Sequence record: MK903279.1
Direction: 5' to 3' (one strand)
DNA length: 39,233 nt
From: Escherichia phage Peacock
Shown: one piece after another, positions 1-7,904 of the stretch
How positions within the stretch are numbered: the stretch's first letter is position 1
Layout of the letters: each line of letters begins with the position of its first letter
Notes under the pieces: model-generated
Databases searched by the model: none
The model's input: the letters and a program-made list of their open reading frames with translations, nothing else
What the model was told of the DNA's origin: nothing
Program-made: the position numbers and the translations under genes

Positions 1-185
1 TCTCACAGTTCAAGAACCTCAAGTCTCCCCATAGGCCCTCTTTCAGTCCAGACCAAAGGCCCTACCCCAGTCTATCATAAGGTTAGACCGATGGTCAAGA
101 CTTCAGGTCAACGATAGGTTGTGGATATGGCTTAGGGAAGGACGATAGGTGGGGACTATTGGTCTGTCTTTGAGTCTCTATCTGT
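1..185 (+). repeat. Physical left genome end; probable terminal-repeat region (extent uncertain)
   Basis: Window begins TCTCACAGT, the same 9 nt that begin the T7 genome as I recall it; region is non-coding. Only one copy is in the window, so repeat length cannot be measured here. Confidence 0.35.
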
Positions 186-191
186 ATCAGA

Positions 192-256
192 CCTTGAGTC
201 ACTACCTTCAGTCTAACTGCCTTGAGTCACTACCTACAGTCTAACTACCTACAGTC
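192..256 (+). repeat. Tandem direct repeats next to the left terminal region
   Basis: 27-nt unit CCTTGAGTCACTACCT(T/A)CAGTCTAACT at 192-218 and 220-246 (1 mismatch), followed by ACCTACAGTC; related ACCTACAGT/GACCTACGG motifs recur at 278-300 and near the right end. Confidence 0.6.
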
Positions 257-412
257 ATCGACCATCGGTAATGACGCTACCTACAGTCAGAGACCTACGG
301 TTAATAGACACAAGGCTATAGACTTAAGGTCTAAGACATGTTAGTCAAAGACTACATCCTCTTACACCATGGGGCCGACGATAGCTTAATCAATATTATT
401 TCAAATTACCTA

Positions 413-443
413 TTGACTATATGTCCAGACTATGGCTTAATAG
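413..443 (+). promoter_or_regulatory. Candidate host (sigma70-type) early promoter, T7 A1-like position
   Basis: TTGACT at 413-418 with a weak -10 candidate TAATAG at 438-443 (19-nt spacer); flanking sequence resembles the T7 A1 region as recalled. Confidence 0.3.
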
Positions 444-553
444 CTTACGTCAACACGACACGGCAACAACCGGATAGTGAAGACGCCGGGTCATCCCGGT
501 TAAGTAGACAGCCTGATAAGTCATACGAACAACAGGCAGATGACAGAAAGTAG

Positions 554-583
554 TTGACAAGCAGTACAGACTTAAAGTAGTAT
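554..583 (+). promoter_or_regulatory. Candidate host (sigma70-type) early promoter, T7 A2/A3-like
   Basis: Consensus -35 TTGACA at 554-559, 18-nt spacer, -10 TAGTAT at 578-583, followed by GTACCACAT as in the T7 A3 promoter (recalled). Confidence 0.4.
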
Positions 584-702
584 GTACCACATCAACACGA
601 AACAACGGTGAGTCCCAACACTGAAACGGGATAGCACGGCGACGACAGCCAACGCGAATGCTCTTTAACAATCTGGATAAACTCTTAATGTGCGCCGATA
701 GC

Positions 703-759
703 GACTAACTACAGGGTCTTTGAGTCTACATCTGAAGGCCCTGACTGATAGTCACTAAC
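703..759 (+). promoter_or_regulatory. Conserved structured leader element (R0.3-like, putative RNase III site), copy 1
   Basis: GACTAACTACAGG...CCTGACTGATAGTCACTAAC; upstream CTCTTTAACAATCTGG matches the sequence preceding T7 R0.3 as recalled; imperfect inverted repeat AGTGA..CAGG / CCTG..TCACT. Confidence 0.45.
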
Positions 760-766
760 TTAACGG

Positions 767-1021
767 ATGGACACTATGAAACACTTAAGCACAATCACTA
801 ATCACAATGAAGTATTCGTGAACACTAAAGGTTATGCGTGGATTCAGCTTAAAGAGACGACAGGAGCGCGTCACCGTGTGGTAGTGCGCAAGGTCTCAAG
901 CAAGCCGTTCAGCAACTACAGCGTAGATACTGTTCGTATAGACAACGAGACCTACCTGATAGACTCGCAGATAACCGTGAGTCCTACAGCGAGCGCCTCA
1001 GCTCCTTATTTCGCTAACTGA
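767..1021 (+). CDS. Hypothetical early protein (84 aa)
   Basis: ORF directly downstream of leader element copy 1; no motif recognised. Alternative start at second ATG (776). Confidence 0.55.
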   Translation: MDTMKHLSTITNHNEVFVNTKGYAWIQLKETTGARHRVVVRKVSSKPFSNYSVDTVRIDNETYLIDSQITVSPTASASAPYFAN

Positions 1022-1025
1022 GAGT

Positions 1026-1076
1026 GATTAACTACAGGTCGTTAGACTCATAGCGGCCTGACTGATAGTCACTAAC
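1026..1076 (+). promoter_or_regulatory. Conserved structured leader element, copy 2
   Basis: GATTAACTACAGGTCGTTAGACTCATAGCGGCCTGACTGATAGTCACTAAC; differs from copy 3 by a single base. Confidence 0.5.
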
Positions 1077-1094
1077 AACCTAAGAGGATTCATT

Positions 1095-1373
1095 ATGAGA
1101 CTGAACAAAGCTACAGCAGAAGCCTTTCGCAAGGAGCTTGAATCAAGATTATTGTGTGGAGTGGCGGAAGGAGCCGCTCGGTATAAAGAGAATGGTCTAA
1201 CGTTCAAGCGCTTTATGTGGGATTGCTATCACGGAGTGGGCCATAAAAAGGCGCAGGATATAATCACCAGTAACAATGCGGAAGTGCAAGTGGTGGGAGG
1301 ATATATGACTAACGTGAAGGATTCACACATAGAGACCATGCTCAAGAATGCACTTAAAGATGTAGCCTACTAG
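1095..1373 (+). CDS. Hypothetical early protein (92 aa)
   Basis: ORF with AAGAGGA ribosome-binding site 7 nt upstream of ATG; follows element copy 2; no motif recognised. Confidence 0.6.
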   Translation: MRLNKATAEAFRKELESRLLCGVAEGAARYKENGLTFKRFMWDCYHGVGHKKAQDIITSNNAEVQVVGGYMTNVKDSHIETMLKNALKDVAY

Positions 1374-1374
1374 T

Positions 1375-1425
1375 GATTAACTACAGGTCGTTAGACTGAT
1401 AGCGGCCTGACTGATAGTCACTAAC
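1375..1425 (+). promoter_or_regulatory. Conserved structured leader element, copy 3
   Basis: GATTAACTACAGGTCGTTAGACTGATAGCGGCCTGACTGATAGTCACTAAC; near-identical to copy 2. Confidence 0.5.
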
Positions 1426-1457
1426 ATACACACAAACAACTTTGAGAGGATATAACT

Positions 1458-1790
1458 ATGGAACGTAACGCTAACGCATACTATGAGCTGCTGGCTGCAA
1501 CCGTTGAAGCATTTAACGAGCGTATTCAGTACGACGAAATAGCTGAAGGCGATGATTATCACGATGCGCTGCATGAGGTCGTAGACGGTCAGGTTCCGCA
1601 CTATTACCACGAGATTTTCACGGTGATGGCTGCTGATGGTATAGACCACGAGTTCGAAGACTCTGGGCTAATGCCTGATACCAAGGATGTGACGCGTATA
1701 TTGCAAGCTCGCATCTATGAGGCGCTTTATAACGATGTGCTTAATAACTCGGATGTGGTCTGGTTTGAGGCTGAAGAGGACTGCGAGTGA
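1458..1790 (+). CDS. ocr: Ocr-like anti-restriction protein (DNA mimic, T7 gene 0.3 homolog)
   Basis: Translation ...[43 protein letters not shown]... matches T7 Ocr (...[43 protein letters not shown]...) as recalled; highly acidic; GAGAGGA RBS. Confidence 0.9.
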   Translation: MERNANAYYELLAATVEAFNERIQYDEIAEGDDYHDALHEVVDGQVPHYYHEIFTVMAADGIDHEFEDSGLMPDTKDVTRILQARIYEALYNDVLNNSDVVWFEAEEDCE

Positions 1791-1945
1791 TGGTAACTTA
1801 TGGTCTCTGCCAGCACCATGTAGCCAACGCCCGGATTATGGTCAAGACCGGGCAGTTAAACCACGATGCGACTATGCGTCACCTGAAGGCGGTCTATGAG
1901 GGCCGCAAGCGTATTCACGACAGCTTACACGATGAGGGCAAGTAA
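1790..1945 (+). CDS. Small hypothetical ORF (51 aa), translationally coupled to ocr
   Basis: ATG at 1790 overlaps the ocr stop (TGATG); open for 51 codons to TAA 1943-1945; not in ORF track (below 60 aa). Confidence 0.35.
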   Translation: MVTYGLCQHHVANARIMVKTGQLNHDATMRHLKAVYEGRKRIHDSLHDEGK

Positions 1946-1947
1946 AC

Positions 1948-2073
1948 ATGTACCAGATAACGTATAGCAGTGAACAGGCGTTCTACGATGGGTGCTACGA
2001 GATGATGAGGCGCGGGGCTTGCTACGTGGCTAATCACCAGAGCCTGACCATAACGCTGACGGGTGGTTACTGA
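1948..2073 (+). CDS. Small hypothetical ORF (41 aa)
   Basis: ATG at 1948 three nt after the previous stop; 41 codons to TGA 2071-2073; weak RBS. Confidence 0.3.
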   Translation: MYQITYSSEQAFYDGCYEMMRRGACYVANHQSLTITLTGGY

Positions 2074-2143
2074 GTGATAGACGAGAGGTCATCGACTGAT
2101 AGGTGGCCTCAAAGATTGCCACTTACATTGATAGGAGTTAACT

Positions 2144-2233
2144 ATGAACATCGGTTACTGGGTATGCTTATCTCCGGTCATCTTTCTGATAGCTTGGGGA
2201 CTTCTGGACGCAATCAAGCGAGGGTCATTCTAA
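2144..2233 (+). CDS. Small hydrophobic peptide ORF (29 aa)
   Basis: AGGAG RBS 6 nt upstream of ATG 2144; translation MNIGYWVCLSPVIFLIAWGLLDAIKRGSF; stop TAA overlaps the next ATG (TAATG). Alternative reading is the GTG-initiated 2074..2430 track ORF. Confidence 0.25.
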   Translation: MNIGYWVCLSPVIFLIAWGLLDAIKRGSF

Positions 2234-2430
2234 TGAGCTGGGTACTTCTGGGTATCTTCGGCTATGGACTTATCGTCTACGTACTGGTGAGTGACATCAA
2301 CAAGGCGCGTAAAGTCTACAAATTCAACTATGTACGTCTGGGTCGCTGGACTGTACGTCAACCTAACGGGCGATTCATGCGCAACTTAGCAAACGTCTGG
2401 GATATAGCAACACTTGGGAGCAAACTGTAA
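2233..2430 (+). CDS. Small membrane protein (65 aa; may extend upstream to GTG 2074)
   Basis: GAGGG RBS 8 nt upstream of ATG 2233; N-terminal hydrophobic stretch MSWVLLGIFGYGLIVYVLV then basic tail; track ORF 2074..2430 is the same frame with a GTG start. Confidence 0.45.
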   Translation: MSWVLLGIFGYGLIVYVLVSDINKARKVYKFNYVRLGRWTVRQPNGRFMRNLANVWDIATLGSKL

Positions 2431-2756
2431 TGAACAAGTCATACGGGATTAATCTGGTACACTCTATGGACGCAGACATGCAAATGTTAAGCCTACTGGC
2501 TACCGGGTATCGTCACGGAACGTCAAGTCACTCCGCACGTCAACAGCAGGAGAGGGACCGGGTACTGCAAGCAAGACTCCGGGCTGAGGGCCATAAGTCC
2601 GAGCTGATGTGTCTGGCGTATGGTGGACGACCAATCACTGACGATGGTAAACTTTTAGTCTCAGGCTGGAAGGCGATAGACCAACGGTCAACCATCAAGC
2701 ACACGACTCATGGTGACTTCAGTCATCTTCACGCTAACCCACTGATATGCAAGTGA
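2430..2756 (+). CDS. Hypothetical early protein (108 aa)
   Basis: ATG overlaps the preceding stop (TAATG); no motif recognised; occupies the position where T7 carries gene 0.7. Confidence 0.55.
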   Translation: MNKSYGINLVHSMDADMQMLSLLATGYRHGTSSHSARQQQERDRVLQARLRAEGHKSELMCLAYGGRPITDDGKLLVSGWKAIDQRSTIKHTTHGDFSHLHANPLICK

Positions 2757-2761
2757 TTCTG

Positions 2762-2784
2762 ACTTAACTATCACTATAGGACTC
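2762..2784 (+). promoter_or_regulatory. Phage RNA polymerase promoter immediately upstream of gene 1
   Basis: ACTTAACTATCACTATAGGACTC fits the 11-copy family consensus (TAAACTATCACTATAGGGA), +1 G at 2779. Confidence 0.6.
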
Positions 2785-2853
2785 AAGGTCTAAGACTCCA
2801 AGTGAAAGACCAAAGAGACTTTAAGTGAAAGACTAATAACAAGGACTTTAAGT

Positions 2854-5535
2854 ATGAGCGTCATCTCTATTGACAAACACGACTTCTCTGATGTGTCGAA
2901 CGCCATTGAGCCGTTTAACCTGCTGGCTGACCACTACGGGCAAGACCTTGCAGTCAAACAGCTTCAGCTTGAGCATGAGGCATACACTGAAGGCGAGCGA
3001 CGTTTCATCAAAAACCTTGAGCGACAGACTGAGCGCGGGGAACTGGCAGACAATCAGGTCGCCAAGCCTTTGATGCAGACTCTGGTCCCTAAGATTGCGC
3101 AAGCCGTCAGGGAGTGGCATGAAGGTCAAGACGGGAAGCTGTCAACCTCTCGTCCTAGCGTAGCGTTCACCATGTTGAGCACTGAAGAGAAGGCCGTTAA
3201 AGACCGCTCTATGCGCATCTCCTGCGAGTCTGCTGCGGTTATCATACTGAAGGTCATCCTCAGCAAGCTGGTCAAGCCTGAAGGGATACCGATTACACCG
3301 ATGGCCTCAGCGATAGGTCGCACACTTGAGGATGAAATCCGCTTCGGTCGCATTCGTGACAAGGAGAAGGAGCACTTCAAGAAGGCGATAGCTGATAACC
3401 TGAATAAGCGGGCTGGGGCATCCTACAAAAAAGCCTACATGCAAGCGGTTGAGGCATCCATGCTGGAGCAAGGACAACTGGAAGATGCGTGGGGGACTTG
3501 GAGTCCGACCGAGGCTGTCCACGTTGGAATCAAGATGCTTGAGATTGTCATCCAGTCAACACAACTGGTCGAGCTTAAGCGCTACGGTGCTGGCAATGCA
3601 GCGGCTGATGTAGAGATGGTCCACCTGTCAGACTTCTGGGTCAAGAAGATGGCACAACGAGGCTTCAGCCTTGCGGGTATCGCTCCGGTCTATCAACCTT
3701 GCGTCGTTCCACCTAAGCCGTGGACTGGTGTCGTAGGCGGTGGGTACTGGGCCAAAGGTCGCAGACCACTACCATTGATTCGCTTAGGGTCTAAGTCTGC
3801 GGTGGCACGCTATGAAGACGTGTACATGCCTGAAGTCTATGACGCTGTGAATATCATCCAGAATACGCCTTGGAAAGTGAACAAGAAGGTGCTGGACGTG
3901 GTGAACATGGTCGAGAAGTTGAACAACACGCCTATTGATGACATCCCTCAGATGGAGCCACTGAAGCCTGAAGACTATGCGGGTGAGACTGAAGAGGAAC
4001 TCAAGGCATGGAAGAAGACTGCTGCTGGTATCTACCGCCGAGAGAAGGCCCGCCAGTCACGCAGATTGTCACTGAGCTTTATCGTTAACCAAGCGAACAA
4101 GTTCTCTCAGTTCAAGGCCATCTGGTTCCCGTATAACATGGACTGGCGCGGTCGCGTCTACGCTGTGCCGATGTTCAACCCTCAGGGTAACGACATGCAA
4201 AAGGGTCTCCTGACTCTGGCAGTCGGTAAGCCTATTGGTGCTGATGGTTTCAAATGGCTGAAGGTCCACGGTGCAAACTGTGCGGGTGTCGATAAAGTCA
4301 CCTTCGAGGAGCGCATCAAGTGGGTGGAAGATAACCACGACAACATCATGGCTACCGCTAAGGCACCGATGGACAGCATTGAGTGGTGGGGTAAGTTAGA
4401 CTCTCCGTTCTGCTTCCTAGCGTTCTGCTTCGAGTATGCTGGCGTAATGCACCACGGTTTGTCTTACTCCTGCTCGCTGCCGATAGCTTTCGATGGGTCC
4501 TGCTCTGGGATTCAGCACTTCAGCGCGATGCTTCGTGATCACATCGGTGGACATGCAGTAAACCTGACGCCTTCCGGTAAGGTCCAAGACATCTACCGCA
4601 TCGTGTCTGACCGCATTGAGGAGGAGCTTAAAGTCCTGCTGGTTAATGGCACGGACAACGAGGTGGTCACTCACGAGGATAAGAAAACTGGCGAGATTAC
4701 CGAACGTATCAAGCTGGGGACACGAGAGCTGGCCCGCCAGTGGCTGACCTACGGTATGTCACGCAAGGTCCCTAAGCGTTCAGTAATGACTCTGGCCTAC
4801 GGGTCGAAAGAGTATGGCTTCGCAGACCAAGTTTACGAGGACATCGTGATGCCAGCGATTGACTCAGGGTCTGGCGCTATGTTCACCGAGCCAAGCCAAG
4901 CGTCTCGCTTCATGGCTAAGATGATTTGGGAAGCTGTGAGTGGAACCGTAGTTGCTGCTGTTGACGTGATGAAGTGGCTTCAGGGTGCTGCCAAGCTGCT
5001 GGCTGCTGAAGTGAAGGACAAGAAGACTGGAGAAATCCTGAAGCCTTGCCTTCCGGTACACTGGGTCACACCTGATGGGTTCCCGGTCTGGCAGGAATAT
5101 CGCAAGAAGGATACCACTCGTCTGAACCTGATGTTCTTAGGGTCATTCAACCTTCAACCTACGGTCAACAAAGGCACGAAGAAAGAGCTGGACAGGCACA
5201 AGCAGGAGTCAGGCATTAGCCCGAACTTCGTCCACTCACAAGATGGAAGCCACCTACGCAAGACTGTAGTCCACACGCATCGCAAGTATGGCGTGATATC
5301 ATTCGCAGTGATTCACGATAGCTTCGGGACCATCCCGGCTGACGCTGAGTATCTGTTCCGTGGTGTCCGTGAGACGATGGTCGAGACCTACCGAGACAAC
5401 GATGTGCTGTTGGACTTCTACGAGCAGTTTGACTGCCAGCTTCACGAGAGCCAGCGCGACAAGTTGCCAGAGCTTCCGAAGAAAGGTAAACTGAATATCG
5501 AGGACATCTTGTCTTCAGACTATGCATTCGCTTAA
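2854..5535 (+). CDS. Single-subunit DNA-dependent RNA polymerase (T7 gene 1 homolog)
   Basis: 893 aa; N-terminus KHDFSDVSNAIEPFNLLADHYG and C-terminus ...HESQRDKLPELPKKGKLNIEDILSSDYAFA match T7 RNAP as recalled (...FAFA end); specificity-loop region PTVNKGTKKELDRHKQESG present. Confidence 0.97.
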   Translation: MSVISIDKHDFSDVSNAIEPFNLLADHYGQDLAVKQLQLEHEAYTEGERRFIKNLERQTERGELADNQVAKPLMQTLVPKIAQAVREWHEGQDGKLSTSRPSVAFTMLSTEEKAVKDRSMRISCESAAVIILKVILSKLVKPEGIPITPMASAIGRTLEDEIRFGRIRDKEKEHFKKAIADNLNKRAGASYKKAYMQAVEASMLEQGQLEDAWGTWSPTEAVHVGIKMLEIVIQSTQLVELKRYGAGNAAADVEMVHLSDFWVKKMAQRGFSLAGIAPVYQPCVVPPKPWTGVVGGGYWAKGRRPLPLIRLGSKSAVARYEDVYMPEVYDAVNIIQNTPWKVNKKVLDVVNMVEKLNNTPIDDIPQMEPLKPEDYAGETEEELKAWKKTAAGIYRREKARQSRRLSLSFIVNQANKFSQFKAIWFPYNMDWRGRVYAVPMFNPQGNDMQKGLLTLAVGKPIGADGFKWLKVHGANCAGVDKVTFEERIKWVEDNHDNIMATAKAPMDSIEWWGKLDSPFCFLAFCFEYAGVMHHGLSYSCSLPIAFDGSCSGIQHFSAMLRDHIGGHAVNLTPSGKVQDIYRIVSDRIEEELKVLLVNGTDNEVVTHEDKKTGEITERIKLGTRELARQWLTYGMSRKVPKRSVMTLAYGSKEYGFADQVYEDIVMPAIDSGSGAMFTEPSQASRFMAKMIWEAVSGTVVAAVDVMKWLQGAAKLLAAEVKDKKTGEILKPCLPVHWVTPDGFPVWQEYRKKDTTRLNLMFLGSFNLQPTVNKGTKKELDRHKQESGISPNFVHSQDGSHLRKTVVHTHRKYGVISFAVIHDSFGTIPADAEYLFRGVRETMVETYRDNDVLLDFYEQFDCQLHESQRDKLPELPKKGKLNIEDILSSDYAFA

Positions 5536-5547
5536 CAGGAGAGAGTT

Positions 5548-5763
5548 ATGAAATTTGCACACAAGCAGACTGGCGTTAAGGGTGGGACCCAAATCGTGAC
5601 CGTAACAGAGCACAATGGTAAGGGTCTAGTGAAGACCACGGTCATCCCTACCGAGATGTCAAAGCAGCTTAATGTCCCATTCAAGACTCTTGTATATCTG
5701 GTCGAGTCAAGCCACGAGAAGTACCTGAAGGACGCAGTGTCCAAACTGGAGCAGACCAAATGA
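5548..5763 (+). CDS. Hypothetical protein (71 aa)
   Basis: GGAGAG RBS 6 nt upstream of ATG; no counterpart recalled at this position in T7. Confidence 0.55.
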   Translation: MKFAHKQTGVKGGTQIVTVTEHNGKGLVKTTVIPTEMSKQLNVPFKTLVYLVESSHEKYLKDAVSKLEQTK

Positions 5764-5842
5764 CAGACCTACAGTTACTAGCCTTGTGGCTGGGAGCACT
5801 TGCAGTATTCACTTTAATCCAACGAAGAAGAGGTTAACCCAT

Positions 5843-5959
5843 ATGTTCAACCGTAAACTGAAAGCACGTATCGCAGATCTCGAAGCAACCATCCAGCGTC
5901 AGGACCATAATCTTGAGCTGGCTAACCGGGAGCACGCACGGCTAAGGGCCAAGATTTAG
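5843..5959 (+). CDS. Small ORF (38 aa), in frame with downstream ORF across a TAG
   Basis: AGAGGT RBS; translation MFNRKLKARIADLEATIQRQDHNLELANREHARLRAKI, then TAG at 5957-5959. Confidence 0.3.
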   Translation: MFNRKLKARIADLEATIQRQDHNLELANREHARLRAKI

Positions 5960-6004
5960 AAGGCTGAAGAGAAGCGTGAAGTCGAGCCGTTCGAGGTTAA
6001 GCGG

Positions 6005-6304
6005 ATGGTCGGCCTGAAGTTCAAGGCTCTGTTCAATAGCCTCTACCAGCCGACTGAGTTCAAGACCGGGCCTGGAGCATGCGGTAAGATTGTGACGCAC
6101 TTCACCACGAGTCGAGACGAGCGGACCCTGACCATCCACCAGCACCACACGGATGGCTCTCAGAAGGACTTTGAGTACCGACTGAGCGACATCGACGGTC
6201 GCATCCAGTATGACTACGAGCAAGTTAAAGTCTATGGACAGGAGGCCGAACGTGAGCGAGCGATTCAGGCATTCACGCAGGTAAGACCGCGCATCATCTT
6301 CTAA
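6005..6304 (+). CDS. Hypothetical protein (99 aa); possibly the C-terminal part of an amber-interrupted gene
   Basis: Same frame as 5843..5959, separated by one TAG and 15 sense codons; own GAGGT RBS. Confidence 0.5.
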   Translation: MVGLKFKALFNSLYQPTEFKTGPGACGKIVTHFTTSRDERTLTIHQHHTDGSQKDFEYRLSDIDGRIQYDYEQVKVYGQEAERERAIQAFTQVRPRIIF

Positions 6305-6322
6305 ACTATCACTATAGGATTA
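6300..6322 (+). promoter_or_regulatory. Phage promoter (phi1.1-like)
   Basis: CTAAACTATCACTATAGGATTAG; +1 G at 6317. Confidence 0.7.
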
Positions 6323-6364
6323 GACTCAAGGTCATGACTCAAAGTCGTGGCCTTCATGATTAAC
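6318..6364 (+). promoter_or_regulatory. RNase III-type processing hairpin (R1.1-like)
   Basis: AGACTCAAGGTCAT...GTGGCCTTCATGATTA; same element recurs at 13114 and 36221 and resembles T7 R0.3 (ACTCAAGG...GCCCTTTATGATA) as recalled. Confidence 0.5.
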
Positions 6365-6402
6365 CCTTACTACTAAACGTAAACTACTGGAGATTTAGCC
6401 AT

Positions 6403-6576
6403 ATGTATCAGAACACTATCAACTTTGAGCGCATCCGTGAACGCCAGCAGACTGAAGGTTACATTCCTAAGGGCCGCAAGCTGAACAAGACTAAACGTGG
6501 TGGTGGCGTGAAGGGAGCTTTCCGAAACGCTGAAGGTAAAGACTCTCTCTGGTCAACCAAGAGAAATACTTCGTAG
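6403..6576 (+). CDS. Gene 1.1-like small basic protein (57 aa)
   Basis: Translation contains GRKLNKTKR, shared with T7 gp1.1 as recalled; not in ORF track (below 60 aa). Confidence 0.6.
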   Translation: MYQNTINFERIRERQQTEGYIPKGRKLNKTKRGGGVKGAFRNAEGKDSLWSTKRNTS

Positions 6577-6588
6577 GAGCATAACCAA

Positions 6589-6852
6589 ATGGGCCGACTT
6601 TATAGTGGCAACCTCAACGCTTTCAAAGCAGCGTGTAACAGGCTTTATCAGTTAGACTTCGCTGTTATATCTCAGGAGTTTCAAGACCATACGTCACGCC
6701 AAGAGTGCATGAAACTCAGGGTGGAGGACCGAGCTGGTAACATCTTCGCGCTTGAGACCTTCGCACACTACGATGAAGACGTGCTGTATAATACTGCAAC
6801 AGACTACCTCAACGGTCTCGCTGACCAACTCGACACATGGAGCAAAGCATAA
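6589..6852 (+). CDS. Gene 1.2-like protein (inhibitor of host dGTPase in T7)
   Basis: MGRLYSGNLNAFKAACNRLYQLDFAVI... matches T7 gp1.2 (MGRLYSGNLAAFKAATNKLFQLDLAVI...) as recalled. Confidence 0.85.
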   Translation: MGRLYSGNLNAFKAACNRLYQLDFAVISQEFQDHTSRQECMKLRVEDRAGNIFALETFAHYDEDVLYNTATDYLNGLADQLDTWSKA

Positions 6853-7904
6853 TGACAACTATCAAAACTAACCCGCACCGCGCTGTAGATTACTCTGAGT
6901 CTGGCATTAAGAAGGCACTGGAAGCAGCCGGGTCTCTGGAAGCTGAAGTGAAGTACGATGGTGTCCGGTTGAACCTTCCGGTGCTGCGAGAAGGTGAGAC
7001 ATACTGGTTAAGCCGTGAGTCTAAACCGCTGCCAGCACTGGAGTGGATGAACTCTGAGTTAGGGAATGCGTGGACTCAAGCTGACTGGCGATGGTTCCTG
7101 CGTCAAGCTGGATACGAAGGCGTAGGCCTGATGATTGACGGAGAGGTAATGGTCAAAGGTGTTGACTTCAACACATCATCGGGTCTCATCCGAACGAAGT
7201 GGCTGAAGCCTAGCAACGAGGAGTTCGCTGAATGCTATCCGGGACGTGGCAAGAAGGTCCCGTTCTGGGTCGCCCGGTCACGACTCAAGGTTGTGGTCTA
7301 CGGCGTCGTAGATATGACAACCATTGCTGACCCGAAAGCCGAAGGTCCTATCCATAGCGTCACACGCCTGAAGGCCGAAGCTATCGTCCCTCTCCTCCAG
7401 AAATACTTCCCGGAAATCGACTGGGTTCTGTCTGAGTCACACACGGTCTATGACCTTGAGTCGCTCAACTCCCTATATGAAGAGAAGCGTCTGGAAGGAC
7501 ATGAGGGTCTGGTAGTCAAGGACCCACTGGGTAAGTGGAAGCGTGGAAAGAAGTCAGGAATGTGGAAAATGAAGCCTGAGGATACCATTGATGGTACTGT
7601 GTGTGGACTCGTGTGGGGGACTCCGGGTAAGGCCAACGAAGGCAAGGTCATTGGCTTTGAGGTGCTGCTGGAGGACGGAATGGTAGTGAATGCGTGCGGC
7701 CTGACTGAGGAGCAGAAGGATGAGTTCACCGCTTCCGTTCTAAACTGGCGTAAGGGGTTATGCTCAAGCACTATTTATGGAAACCCGTTTGCGGGTAATC
7801 AGGTGGAAGTCCTCTTCATGGAGCGGTTCCCTGATGGCTCCCTTCGTCACCCCAGCTTCAAGTGCTGGCGTGGAACCGAAGACAACCCAACGGTGAAGTC
7901 ATGA
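6852..7904 (+). CDS. ATP-dependent DNA ligase (T7 gene 1.3 homolog)
   Basis: Start set at ATG 6852 overlapping the 1.2 stop (TAATG); MTTIKTNPHRAV... and adenylation motif EVKYDGVR match T7 ligase; track ORF begins 15 nt upstream. Confidence 0.92.
   Translation: MTTIKTNPHRAVDYSESGIKKALEAAGSLEAEVKYDGVRLNLPVLREGETYWLSRESKPLPALEWMNSELGNAWTQADWRWFLRQAGYEGVGLMIDGEVMVKGVDFNTSSGLIRTKWLKPSNEEFAECYPGRGKKVPFWVARSRLKVVVYGVVDMTTIADPKAEGPIHSVTRLKAEAIVPLLQKYFPEIDWVLSESHTVYDLESLNSLYEEKRLEGHEGLVVKDPLGKWKRGKKSGMWKMKPEDTIDGTVCGLVWGTPGKANEGKVIGFEVLLEDGMVVNACGLTEEQKDEFTASVLNWRKGLCSSTIYGNPFAGNQVEVLFMERFPDGSLRHPSFKCWRGTEDNPTVKS

Noticed and set aside
338-553. 71-codon + strand ORF in the left leader
   Set aside because: Falls in the non-coding host-promoter region that aligns with the T7 A1-A3 promoter segment; no RBS; likely spurious.
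1717-1899. 60-codon ORF overlapping the 3' end of ocr
   Set aside because: Out-of-frame overlap with the confidently assigned ocr; the coupled ORF 1790..1945 (ATG on the ocr stop) explains the region better.
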